A DNA stretch of 64,000 bases, from contig JAAILG010001453.1 in the NCBI GenBank assembly GCA_012026655.1, positions 1 to 64,000 of the forward strand. The letters run 5' to 3'. Below the pieces are notes generated by a model that was given only the letters and a program-made list of their open reading frames with translations, had not been told where the DNA came from and made no database searches. This document shows positions 1-13,400 of the stretch, in pieces. A program made the position numbers and the translations under genes. Source of the stretch: Hydrolagus affinis. Taxonomy: Eukaryota. Each line of letters begins with the position of its first letter. Position 1 is the first letter of the stretch.

Positions 1-907
1 CTAATAATATCTTCCCTGGTATGTGCGGTGCAATCCTCCTTATAATTGGCTAAAGCTTAATCACCTGTAAGCTTATGTACAGATGTTTCTCTTGCACTCT
101 GAGTACATTACATTGATCCAGAAAAATATAAAGCCTCTTGAAGATTATAGCAGTTATCTGAATTGGAAAAAAAAACATTCGTAAATCATACATGTTCCTG
201 TGTTGGGGAAGCTAAATTAGGACATGAAATTCAAAAACAGTCTTGTCTTGGTTCTTACGTTGTGATTTATGACATTAAATCAAAAATGATTTTCTGATAT
301 GGATTACACACCAGATTTGTCCGGCATAACATTTTTCTGCTTTCACTATAATTAACAGATTGCTGAATGAGATGTGATATACACAAAATACTTGCCTGAG
401 TCTAGGGAAAGTAATTTAGGCAGTACATTTCTTTTAAAATAGGTTACAGACTTTGCATAGATATATGAGGTCAGTTTTATGGTAGGCCTGAGTACAATGA
501 AGCAGTAATAATCCCTAGATCATCATAAAATGTACATATAACCCATTTTCTGGATACGGAGGTGTATTCCTTGGAACCTTTCTTCATATTTCTAATGGTT
601 TAGTAGTTGCTATAATTATCGTTATAGGGATCTAAACTGTGATGTTTGGTGATGGGGATCGCTAATGACTGTTAATGGCTTTGTCCAGTATCTGGAAATC
701 CATTGCACTTTGCTGCTGGTATCTCATTCCCGGGTGAAAGCCTTGTAGTTTACATGAAATATGGCCAGTCATTGGAAGGAGTCACAATGCATGGTTCAGG
801 GTCATTTAGATCCCATTATGGGACAGCTAAATGTTATAGAATCATAGAATATTACAGCTTTGGAAGAGCTGGCCAATCAATCCCACTCCCCCACTTCACG
901 TTACTAT

Positions 908-1020
908 AATAATAATAATAATCCTTGCATTTGGTGCAGCGCTTATCACATCTTCCAAGACTGATTCACAGAATATACTGTAAAGTGAATTGACTATATA
1001 TTTTTGTGGGAGAAACCACT
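908..1020 (-). mobile_element. SINE 3' fragment (dominant tRNA-derived family)
   Basis: Reverse complement of the family tail: taataataatccttgcattt...cacagaatatactgtaaagtgaattgact. Confidence 0.85.
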
Positions 1021-1065
1021 GCTTTGTTTTGAAATAACCGAATCTCTCCCTTTGCCCACATACAG

Positions 1066-1172
1066 AGGCATTGAGTGGGTGAGCCTGACCAGTTTCCTCT
1101 CCTTTGCCACTTCAACCCCAAACAACCTGGGGTTAGTGCGGAACGAGCTGCAGCTGGTTGATCTGCCAACAG
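1066..1172 (+). CDS. WDR11: WDR11 exon (~exon 12), 107 nt
   Basis: catacag|A GGC ATT GAG TGG...CCA ACA G|gtcagt; GIEWVSLTSFLSFATSTPNNLGLVRNELQLVDLPT. Confidence 0.95.
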
Positions 1173-4100
1173 GTCAGTAAAAATCTGCTGCTAACTAATG
1201 TCAGACACGGTTCCTTTACTGCGAGTTGAAGAACAATTAGGTATTGGCAAACGCCTTGAATTATTGATTGGTTTTCGTAATTGTCTGAGCGAATAATTGA
1301 GCCACAGAATTACACATTATTGAAAAACCTTGAGTAATACTACCCTTGACAGGGTACTGAAAAATCAGTCATAGATTTCATTAAGAGTCTTTTTGAATGT
1401 GATGATTTGTCAGATCGAAATCTACATATATATATGCAACTTACCTTCACTGTATTATTGATTTTTTAATAATGTGAAATCACATCAATCATTTTAGTAA
1501 AGTAAAATCTCAGGAAGGTCAGTGTGCACCGTGTGTGTGTGTGTGTGCCTGAAGCATATCTAAAATGTACTATATTTGAAGTGATAAGGATGAAAAGATT
1601 TTAACGACAATATCCATGAAATATTACTCCAATAGACATGTAATACCCTTCTTGTTGCTTTGCAGAAAGAATTGGAACTCCACAGTGCATATAAAATGCT
1701 GGCTAGATTTACAGTAGCTTTAATAGATTTACATTGGGTTGCATGGGAGATGGGCATTTTTAAACTGCGCTTTTCATTTTGACAGTCCCTTTGGTTTGAA
1801 TTTGTCGAGTTCCACTTCAGCTGGCTGTTGATGTCCTGTATGTGTTGTGTTGATCTCATTACAGTTGCATTCCAAAGCTGTTTCCGTCGACAAAATGGTG
1901 CAGCGAGGCAACTTGAATCACTTTGTTATTTTAAAACGTTCTATTTTCTGCAAAAATCAATCAAGCCGAAGCAATGTTTTCTATAGTTACCTGTAGTTAC
2001 ATCACGCGCGGTTACCGACTCTCAATTTGCTATTGTACTGTAGCTGGTTTAATTGTCGTAACTTGTCGAGAATCGTGTGCACCACCATAAGGCAAGGACG
2101 ACTGCACTTTGTCAAAACAGCACATTGGCCCATTGGATCTAGTGTGGCGTGAAATCATTTCACATATACCTCAGCAAGGATTTCACTACCTGCACAGTTA
2201 GTTGTTCTACCATGGCCAAACATGATTTTCAGCCTCTGCAGTTGCAAAAAACTGTTAAATGTAAACAGCTGCTTAATTTTTTTTTGGGGGGGGTAAAAAA
2301 GATCATTTTGAATTACAACAAAATGACATTTATAAAGCGCCTTTCACGTCAGGAGGACGTCCCAATTGTATGTAATAGAATGGAAACATTACAATTACAT
2401 TACAATTCTGGAGTTGGGCGGTATAATAATCTCAATTTCCCAACCAATTAGATTAATTTAGGGATCACTGCGTATAGGTGTCTTTCTCTAAATTGCATTA
2501 CTGATCTAAATATACTGGCTTGTGCGTTTTCTGGAGTCGAGGTCTGTTTCGCATTTGGGGGTCGCTGATGTAGCAGTGTATTATTTTTATTCCACTGAGT
2601 TATTTATGAGCTGAACATTAAAATGAGCAGTGGTGGATTGAATAATTTGTGAAATTATGCAAATTGTTGAATGAGCTGCTTCAGTCAGAAGGAAGAGTCA
2701 CTCAGTGGTGTCATGATGTGTGATTATCTTCACACTACAAAACTTAATGACTGGGAGGCAATTCAGCATTTTATTAAGAATTATTCATTCTTCTTGGGAA
2801 CTGGTGGATGTTTATGGAAAGTAATCATTTGCAAGACCCAGGTTTAGTTTAGTTAGAGCTGTTGAGCGCTTGTAGCAAGAGAGATGCTCAAATACTTAAT
2901 ACCTACTGGTCAAATGGTGAGATGAGATAACTGTCTTGGATTTTGCACTCAATTGTCTGTGTGAAGCTTTGCAGTATTAGAGCTCCTATAGCCTTACAAG
3001 CGTGAGATCTGTGTTCAAATCCAGGCAGATCAGGGCAAAACCTTGGGCAAGTTTCCTTACTCCACACGCCTGATAATAATCCGTCTAAAAAAACCAAAAT
3101 AATAAAAATTGGTCATTTTCAATTTATGACTGTTTGTGGGGACGCTGCTGTGCGCAATTGGCTGCCGGATTTCGCCCACAAATATACAGTCAATTCACTT
3201 TACAGTATATTCTGTGAAGAGCTTTGAGATGTCTAAAAGATGCGATAACCGCTATATAAGATGCAAGGATTATTATTATATTATTATTATCCGAATAGCA
3301 ATCGCCAACATAAAAGCAACAGCACAAGTTTATAATTGAATTATATCACTGCCTATTTTGAGGGTTAATATGGGTTGTGGTATTAACAAAAAATACATTA
3401 TGTTAGCGTCTGTGAAGGAAGAAAAATTGCGTGTTAAATAATTTGCATCGAACAAAGTCGATATGACCCGACTTGGCAGTATATTCTGTGAAGCGCTTTG
3501 AGACGTCAATAAGAGGTGAAAAGCATTATATCAAATGCAAGGATGATTATTATTATCGTCAGGGGTTGAGTGATGCCACTCACACAAATTAGCTGCATTG
3601 TAATTATATAAGTAATAATAATAATTATATAATTGAGCCTGAGTTGATTCTGTACCTGTTGAAAGGATGATATGTGGGAAACTTGGCGGGTCAGTTATAT
3701 TTGTTTTAAGTCTTTCCCACGTGGACTCTTTCTGAAACTTTCTGTTCCTCAGGAAGAAGTATTGCGTTTAGAGGTGAACGAGGCAATGATGAACCACCAA
3801 TAGAAATGATTAAAGTGTCCCATCTAAAGTAAGTGTGGAAATATTCAAAAATGCTTTCATTATCCACTTAACCTTCAACTTTCATGCTTTCTGTGTTTAC
3901 AGCATTCAGTTGCTCACCAGCTGCACGCTTGACTGTTTTGTTATTATATTAGATGCGCAGAGATGAGACGAATGACATTGTTTGACCTTGAGAACATTGT
4001 TGGCTAAAACACATTAATTCTGTTGTGTTTGTGCACCGAGCACTTATCTGTCTGCCCTAGTCTCCGCCGCAAACAATTTTAAGTGTAATCTAGGCTACGC

Positions 4101-7100
4101 AGAGTATATTCTGTGAAGCGCTTTGAGACGTCGACAAGATGTGAAAAGCGCTATATCAAATGCAAGGATTATTATTATTATTTGTTTTGTTCAGGCAGTA
4201 TTTGGTTATCGCGTTCAAAGAAAAACCTTTGGAGCTGTGGGATATTAGAACCTGCACTTTGCTTCGAGAGATGTCAAAGAACTTTCCGGCAGTGACAGCA
4301 TTGGTAAGGGCTTCCTATTTCCACCCGCAGCATAGTAGTTGCTACCAAATCTCTCAGTTGGTAGCGTTCTCGACTCTGATTCAAAAGGTTGTGGATTCAA
4401 AGCCACCATTGAGCTCATCTTCTCGGCGGAGACTCCAATGCAGTCGTGCAGGACACGGCATTGTCGGAGGTGCCGTACTTTGACACTTTTAATTATGAAA
4501 TCCCGTCTACCTGTTTAAGGATTGAAGTTCCTACAGAGAAGGAAGTTTCTCCTAGTTCCTGGGCAACAATAATAATCCCTCCCAAGAAAAACGCAATAAT
4601 GTAATTTGTCATTTCAATCCACGATTGTTTGTGGGACAATGCTGTGCGCAATTGGCTGCCGCGTTTCGCCCACAAATATACAGTCAATTCACTTTACAGT
4701 GTATTCTGTGAAGCGCTTTGAGACACAGCCTAGAGGATGTGAAAAGCCGCTATATCAAAATGCAAGGATTATTATTATCAACAACAACAACAAAATTACA
4801 ACATTGCTCAAGATAAAATTGATCATTCACTTCATGGCTTTTTAAGAACGTAAGAACATAAGAATTAGGAGCAGGAATAAGCCATTCAGCCCCTCGAGCC
4901 TGCCCTGCCATTTGATAAGATCGTGGCTGATCTTCTGACCTAACTCTAATTACCTGCCCTATCCCCATATCCCCTAATCCCTCTATTTTAAAAAAAAATC
5001 TATCAGTCTTAGTCTCTTGTGGAGCATTGCTGTGTGCTGTTGATTGCCATGCTCACCTACAAATACATTCACATCCTTTGAGACGCATTGACATGTTTTC
5101 ACCAAAACAGCAGCATCACAAAACTGTTAGAATTGTAGGATTGTAACTATATGTATTTAATATTCATAGTGATATATATATATATCCTATTTTGATGCAG
5201 AGTACAGTGCAAATGCATATTATCTTACACTCAAACATGTTTTTTCCAGACATTTTGCCTACAAAGCAGTCACCAGTGCTTCACTTAACAGTAATTAACA
5301 GCGAAGCAACGGTGATAGTTTGATGTGACTTCATTAAACGGATACTTTCCTCCTTTACTTGATTTGAAAGCATAAATTCACAGGGTTTTTCCCCCCCCTT
5401 CCCCCCCCACTTTCCATAGGAGTGGTCTCCATCTCACAACCTAAAGAGTCTGCGTAAGAAACAACTTGCAGCCCGAGAAGCCATAGCCAGACAGACTGCT
5501 GTGTCCGATATGGAAACCAGTAGCGTTGAGTCGTCAATGATCAGGTGACAATGAAATATGGGGTCTATTGGGCATGTCCATTTTAACCTTTGATCCTCCT
5601 TGGCAGAACTACTCCAATATCTGAGATAGAGACAATTCAGTAGTTTCTTCGCTTTAGTTTTCTGTTACTTTTATTCATCCGCAAAACACACACAGTCTCA
5701 CCACTTTACATACTGTATATACTGTACTTTTTTTTAACGTTTTGCCCACAAATATACTGTCAATTCACTTTACAGTATATTCTGTGAAGCACTTTGAGAT
5801 GTCTAGAAGATGCGAAAAGCACTACGTCAAATGCAAGGATTATTATTATTAGTACATGTAGTATTATTAGTTTCTATGAATGATCATGCCATTTCAAAAG
5901 CTTAGTGTTTCAATTGGACCTTTAGTACTGTAAGCTTCTACAAAATAAATTTGTGCTTTTCCAATTCGCTTTGGAATAAGTAACTTCACAATATATAGTA
6001 ATACAGCAGTTCAGGTATAGTAATAATGATAAGTTTCTGTATTTAGAAATGTACTTAGATGTACTTATACATGTACAAGAATAAATATTTAGTTTCTGGA
6101 AAAATATTTGCTTGCAGGACATAACTGAGAATTATCTAACTTTGTTACATACTGAATGTCTGCTTAAATATTCCATTTGCCTTTAAATGGAAGAAATTAA
6201 ATTCATTTTTAAATCCCAATGTATAATGTTATATGGTAGAATACAGTTTCAATATAAGACTATTAAAAAGTTAATCGGTATGAAATCTTGATTCAGTAAA
6301 TCTTGAATTTTAATTTTATTTTTCCAGTTTGCTGCAGGAAGCAGAAAGCAAATCTGAAATTACCCAGAATATTTCTGCACGGGAGCACTTTGTGTTCACT
6401 GACAATGACGGGCAGGTCTATCACCTCACGGTAGAAGGAAACTTGGTCAAAGATGGGGCCAGAATTCCTCCTGATGTAAGTACAATCAATGTGAGGTGTT
6501 CTGTTTGTTTCCCACATTAACTGCAATGCAGGCATAACGCTACACCCTGGCTTTAAAAATGTAACCATCTGATGAAATATGAAGAGAAGCTAAATTCCCG
6601 TGTTGTCGCCCTCAATGGAAGAGTGACATGACTGGTAAACAAGTATTTGTTGCCAATTTGAATGTGCCATTTTCAGTATTTATAGACAATGAATTGTATT
6701 GAATTAATTTGAATGTTTTCTCTGTTTGCAGTTTTGATACTGCAGGTGATTTTCAAGCATAAAACCGCAACCTGCCTTTTCATTCAGAAGTGTGTGTTGC
6801 CTTTATTATATTCTGTGATGTGCGCTCTGAGACGCCGTCCGGCGTGGAGGGTGCTATGTAAATCGAAGTTGTTGTTGTTGTGCGCTGTGGTGATTTATTT
6901 TATGTCATGCGTATTTTAAAACTGATTTCAATTGTCTTAACTATTTTCTGAAAATTGTCTATATGATAATAATGGACGATCTATTAAATGATAACATTAT
7001 CAATCAGAATAAGGGTTGTAATGAGTCTACTTGTTTGTGAATGCTGTAAACGAAATGTACAGATTTGTTAGTAGTTATCGTATGAGATAATTGCCAAATA

Positions 7101-10100
7101 ACATAAGTAAAGCAACGGCTATCCACAAGCTGACAGCACCATTTTCAAAAATGTTAATGTGTTGTGTTAATACTAGCAAACCTGACTAGATGAACCCTGG
7201 GAAGATTCTGTAAAAGATATAATTAATTGTGAAATATCATGTGTTATGTTGTGGAGCCCTGTGGCTCAGTGGTTAGAGCACTCGCCTTACAAACGTGAGA
7301 CCTGTGATTTGAATCCAGGCAGGTCAGGGTGAAACCTTGGACAAGTTTCCTTACTCCACACAAATGTCTAATAATAATCCGTCCAAAACAAACCTCTAAT
7401 AAATTGGTCATTTCAATCCACGATTGTTATTTATTATTATGTTGTATTGGAATCAAAATATAATTCTCCCATTTCATAGCTGGCGTGCAACCTGGACAAT
7501 TTTCCAGTCCAATATAAATTCTGTAAAGTGTTTTTTTTTCTCCGTTGAACAGAACACTGTCAATTTTAATCTGTTGAAATAGTCTTCAAAACTGATTTGC
7601 AGGGCAGCATGGGCAGCATAACCTGTATTGCTTGGAAGGGAGACACTTTGGTCTTGGGAGACAGTGATGGCAATCTGAACTTCTGGGATCTGAAAGCCAG
7701 ACTTTCAAGGTAATCAGAACACCAGGCAGCTCTGCAGTCTGACACCTATTGAAAAGCTATCCTTCAAGATGGCAAATGTAAGGCAGTTTTTTGGCTTAGC
7801 ATGTTGGAAGGAGCATCGATCGGTCTGAGATATACACGTTGACAAGAAAGAGCCATGCAAATTCACTCAAGTGACTTATCTTTTTATTCCACTCTGTGCT
7901 GCTCAGCTGTCTGTCTCAGTCACATCTCTAATCGGGACTGTCAAGCACAAGCCCAGAGAAGGTTGGGGCAATGTAAAATATTGAGCATTGTCCATGGGCG
8001 GCGTCTCAGAGTTGTCTAGACAGAGGCCCATTCTACCCAAATACCTGTTCCTGCAACATGAAAATAAGTCTTTTTTTCTCTTGACTTAAACAAGATGTAA
8101 ATTATGCTATATTTATTATAATAATCCTTGCATTTGATTATTATTATTAATATAACAATATTATATATCAATTATAAATTATGTTACATTGGACTATGAT
8201 TTGAATCATGCTTAATAATAATGTTAATAATTTACTTTTAAAGAACAGAGGAACTGCCATTTCAAGGTGATTTTTAAAATAATATTTCCAAATTAAAAAT
8301 GGCTAACTATTCTGGTGGATTTTTGTTCAAATTGTACAGTTGTAAACTTAAAGGATGTTAAGATTTTTATTCTAGATACTACTAAACTACGTGGAATTGA
8401 GTAATGAATGACATAACAAGTCTGATAATGCTGCGCAGTTTGCTGCTATCCTAAAGTTACTGCAGCCCTTGCTCCTACTGATTTAAACAGCGTTTGCAAT
8501 TTAGAAATCTAAACATTTAGCATATATTTCAAATAAATCTGCATGGACAGAATTCATAAATTATTTCAAGAGAATTGGATATGTGCTTGAAAAAGCGGAA
8601 TTAATACAGGGAGCTTACAGTTGGTTGGAATTAGATTAAGCTGATGTGGAGAAAAACACCAGTATAATTTAATCGGCTAAATAACTTGTTTCCACTATTT
8701 GTCAAAATCACTTTTTTGTTGTTGCATCATTATATGATTAATTATTAGAGAAAGATATACTGGATCTATTAGGTTGTGCTAGAAATATATTTGTTGGCAT
8801 TTCATTTGACTTGGTGGGGAAAGTGTCACTATCCACAAATTTAATTAGTGGCTTAACTTTGTGAATGCGATTGGGTGTTAAGAGGGAGGTTAACTTTGCA
8901 TTATAAACAAGAATAGAATTTGGAGCAATTGATTAATGCTACCCCAACGCAAGAAACTGTACATCCTATGAAAAGCATCCTAACTCGTATCGTTCTGTAT
9001 TACAATCTGGAGCCACTGATTCCGTTATAGTTTACGTTTGATTTTGCCACTGGTGGGTGCTATGGGAGATAGCAGCAGCAGCAGCGGCAGCAGGCTGCTG
9101 TGATTAAACGGCACAAATTGATCAGTTGTGCTGTTGTATCAGGTGATTTGAGCTGTGACATTGGAATATATTCACTACGTTTTACAGGGAGAACTTTTTT
9201 TAAAATATTACTAAAAGGACTACCTATCGTAGAGAGTTTCCAAACACCCATCATTTTTTTCATGTCCAACACTCAATTGATACAGCAGTTATACTTAAGT
9301 CCACATTATACGCCCTAACATTTTATAGCCGGTGAAGGTGTGCATTATTGGTAGAAAATTGTAGTTGTATTACAATCACACAGGAAGGAAGGGGTCTAAT
9401 CTTCCAAAACATGGAGCAGCACAAAGACTAGAGTGCGATGATAGAAATGCAATTGCAAATGTTTGTAGTTTAAATGCTACAATCACTAAGGTTAATGGAA
9501 TGTTTGAATGTGTAGTCGGATGCACAAAGTCCATAGAAATATTGTTAACCTTCCATAATGAGTTTTGAAATCGCACTTAGAATATGTATGTAGTCAAGAT
9601 ATCCAGAGAAGTATTGTTGGATAGCAATAATACAAAAGAGAGTTCAGAAGAGAATGGGGTTGAAAGGAACTTGTTCCAATACAAGCCAGGACTATACAAG
9701 CCACTACAAATTGGGGGGTCAATATTGGCAGATTAAGAAATAATGAGCTAAACTCAATGGGATTCTCTTTGTTGTTGGAAAATTTTAACACGTTTTAATC
9801 ATTTGGAGTAAATTGCTGTAATAAGCTGTTATAATATCAAGTCTAATGAATGCAAAAATCTGTTCAATCATTCAAAATAGAATCACAGGTAGGAAGAGAT
9901 AAAGGAGGCAATTAAACATTATCTGAAACACAAACTCAAAGAGTATAATAGATGCTTAACATGGGATAGTTGGCGCATTATTGGAATTCTCATAGTAAAA
10001 TCAGGAAGGATTGATTTCATCTTCTGTTAATAGAGGAATTCCTACCCATCGGGGTTGGGTGAAGAAGATCCGTTTTGCCCCCGGAAAGGGAAATCAGAAA

Positions 10101-10465
10101 CTGTTGGCGATGTTTAATGATGGAGCTGAAGTCTGGGACACGAAGGAGGTAGTCAGTGTCATTTTGCTCTCCTCTTTTATAATTTTATGACCTTTATAAC
10201 CTTTTCACCCACAGTCATTACACTTTACAGCATATTCTGTGAGCCACGTTGAGGCGTCTCAGAGGCATAATAAGGCGCTGTATCAATTGCAAGGATTTTT
10301 TAAAGTATAATTTATTGTACCAGTAAGTATCAGCTTTTAACATTGTCGTTGAATTTAGAGAAAAATATTGTTTCTGTTATTTTATTTAAACCTGCTTGGA
10401 TTATATGCAGTTTAGTTTTCTAAACAGTTCCTGAAACGAACATTTAGTGAACTGTATTAGCTGAA

Positions 10466-10499
<34 letters not shown>

Positions 10500-13400
10500 C
10501 ACTTAGTCCTCGCATAATGTCACAGTTGTGTTCGCGGAAAGTGTGACTTTAAGCAAAACAACGTTAAGTGAAACCGCGCAAGAATACCAGACATTCAGCG
10601 TCTATGTATGCATACGCTACCCAAAGTAGTTTGTTTCCACCTGCGCGAACGACGTAATAGCGAACGTCGCTACGTTAAATGAATATACGTTCCCCTCGGT
10701 ATCAGTAAATTAATAACGAAACAACGTTGACCGAAGCAACGTTAAGTGATGTCTACTTATATGTATATCTGTATATGTTTTAAGTTACTTTGAATCTCCT
10801 AAGATATTGTATTGTTAGATTCAGATGGTGAGCAGCCTAAGGACGGGTCGAAATGTCAACTACAAGGTTCTTGATGTGGATTGGTGCAGCTCAGACAAAG
10901 TGGTGCTGGCTGCTGATGACGGATGCATCCGGGTTTTAGAGATGGCCATGAAATCAGCGAGCTACAGAATAGACGAGCAAGAGTTAGCAGGTAGGAATTC
11001 ATCGGCAATGAAATTGACGAAGGAACGCTGTGCCGTGGATCTGCCTTGTTCCAGCGCCTTGGAACATTATCCCGACCTGAAAAGGGCTCTACACATGTAA
11101 TTTTGTTGTTGTTTTTGTTATTGTTGTTGATAATTGCCCAAACCGTGGTGTGGAGTTTCACACAAAGTTTCAATAAGGAGCTGATTGTATTGTGCTTCAG
11201 CCAAAGGAGTTAGATTTTTGTGGATAATATTTCATTTGTTTCTGCTGATATGATTAAACTTTTGCTGGACCCAGTGGATCAATACTCACAATTGATGAAT
11301 TTCCCTCATCACCTCGTAATGTTTCGAACTGTAGTTCAAAAGGATTACTCTTGAAAATTAACACAATAATAAATACAATCATAAAATCGGCCATTTCAAT
11401 CCACGGCTGTTGGTGGGGACGCTGCTGTGCGCAATTGGCTGACGCGTTTCGCCCACAAATATACAGTCAATTCACTTTGCGGTATATTCTGTGAAACGCT
11501 TTGAGACACAGTCTAGAAGACGTGAAAAGCGCTGTATCAAATGCAAGGATGATTATTAAGAGGCGGGAAGCTCAATGTATTGGGAACATCACAAAAACGG
11601 CAAAGAGGTAGACAGATTGAATCTTTTTGCTGAATTATGGATGAGGAATTCATATTGACCATAACATCAGGATAGCCTTCAAATTAGCCTTTTATTTAAA
11701 CCTAAATCATATACCATTCTGTCTTATTATATATACAATATTTGTCCTGTATTCCATTGCAAAGCATATATTGTTCACTGTTACCAAGCTCTGGACTGAT
11801 AGTTTGAGTGATTTATCCACAGTAACTTTGCATCTCCTTCCTGATCAGCTCGCAGGACCCCAAATTTCTCTGTTGGGTTTTGTTCTTGCGTATATTTATT
11901 TCCCTGTTATTGCACATTGTATCTGCACCTGTCCCTCCAGCTACCTAGACTCTCCAGGTCATTATGAACTTTATCCTTCATGTTGTTCAGTCAGTTTCAC
12001 TTGTTAGAATCGATGTAAAAAAAGATCTGTGTCATATCCTCCACATTGTTCGAGCTGTAATGAGTTCCAGGTGTCTGTGTAGTCAAGAGAAAATCCATTT
12101 TAACCCACTCAGCACCTGGTCGCAAACATATAAATGAAATGTCTCTCACACTCCACACATTTGCCAAAGCCTAATGATAGGTTATAGATAGAATTACTGA
12201 AATAAACCTGATTTTCATTTTACACAGAAGAGTGCAGTCCCCTTTTTGAACTTTAGAAGCCGCAGAAAACACAGAAGGGTTCCAAAGGAGGTGGAAAAAC
12301 GGAAGCATAATAATAATAATCCTTGCATTTTGATACAGCACTTTTCACTTCACAGAATATACTGTAAAGTGAATTGACTGTAAATTTGTGGGTGAAACGC
12401 AGCAGCCAATCGCGCACGGCATTGTCCCCACAAATAGTCGTGGATTGAAGTAACCGATTTTATTATTGTATTTTTTTTTGGAGGCATTATCATAAATGAC
12501 ACAGGCGAGAGAAATTCCACCTTAATTTAGATTTACTTTATTTATGTAGCAATTCAAAGTGCCTGGATTATCAAATCATGTCCCTCTTTGTGTTAACATT
12601 GGGTTCCAAAATTGAAAAAGAATTCCACTCTACAGCACTCCTGATATTCCTCAATATTCTTGTCCCAAAAAATATTTTTATTTTAGAAAAACCTCTGCTG
12701 TTCACTTATAATGAATTTAAGTAAACTACCAACAACGTGAAGAAGTAAAAATACAGCAATGGCTGAATGAGACGTCTTGAAGACGTGATAGAGTGTTGCA
12801 TCAAATGCATGGATTGCTATTATAATGATGGATAGGTAGATTAGCATTAATCCTTGTCACATCTCATTGTTTGTTTTCTCCACGTGCAACTGCATCCCCA
12901 CCTACTGATAGAATTGCACTATTGCAACAGACTGTCTGATCTTCAATCTTGGTGACCTGCCCTCAAACTCAAATCGTAGTCACCGAGTTTACCTTGAAAA
13001 AAGGAACAGAGTTCTGAGTTTTTCATCTTTAAATCGCAACTGGATACAACTGTAATTCCCTCGGTTATTGGTTTCTTTTTATGTGTACGTAAACTGCGTC
13101 ATTTTCTTTAATTGCTATGAATAGTTTTGTTATTGATATTTCAATTATAAAGTAAAATCTTTAAATAGTTCTCTTTACCATTCGCAGTTCCCTTTTTTTT
13201 AATCTGAAACATTTCTTTTACTTTTGTCTTCCTTTTTGCTCAACATCGCTAGGAAGGTTTCCAATTCGAAAAGTCTTGTCTACCTAATATTTTCACCTCC
13301 TGGCTATTAAATCCTCTCTCTTAAATTTGTTAACACAATCTACCATCGCAGAAATGCCTGTTTAGTCCCAAGTATTCACCATTTTCTGTGTTCGTAATTA

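Noticed and set aside
2710-2755. Intronic C/D box snoRNA (gtcatgatg...atgac)
   Set aside because: Box C is imperfect, there is no CTGA box D at the proper position, and it is too short
3136-3339. Recurrent ORF family ([30 protein letters not shown]...) suggesting a repeated small protein
   Set aside because: Translations of SINE copies in varying frames with frequent stops and frameshifts; no coding constraint
9070-9100. (CAG)n tract as a polyQ exon
   Set aside because: Short and intronic with no splice sites, and WDR11 exons 17 and 18 join in frame without it
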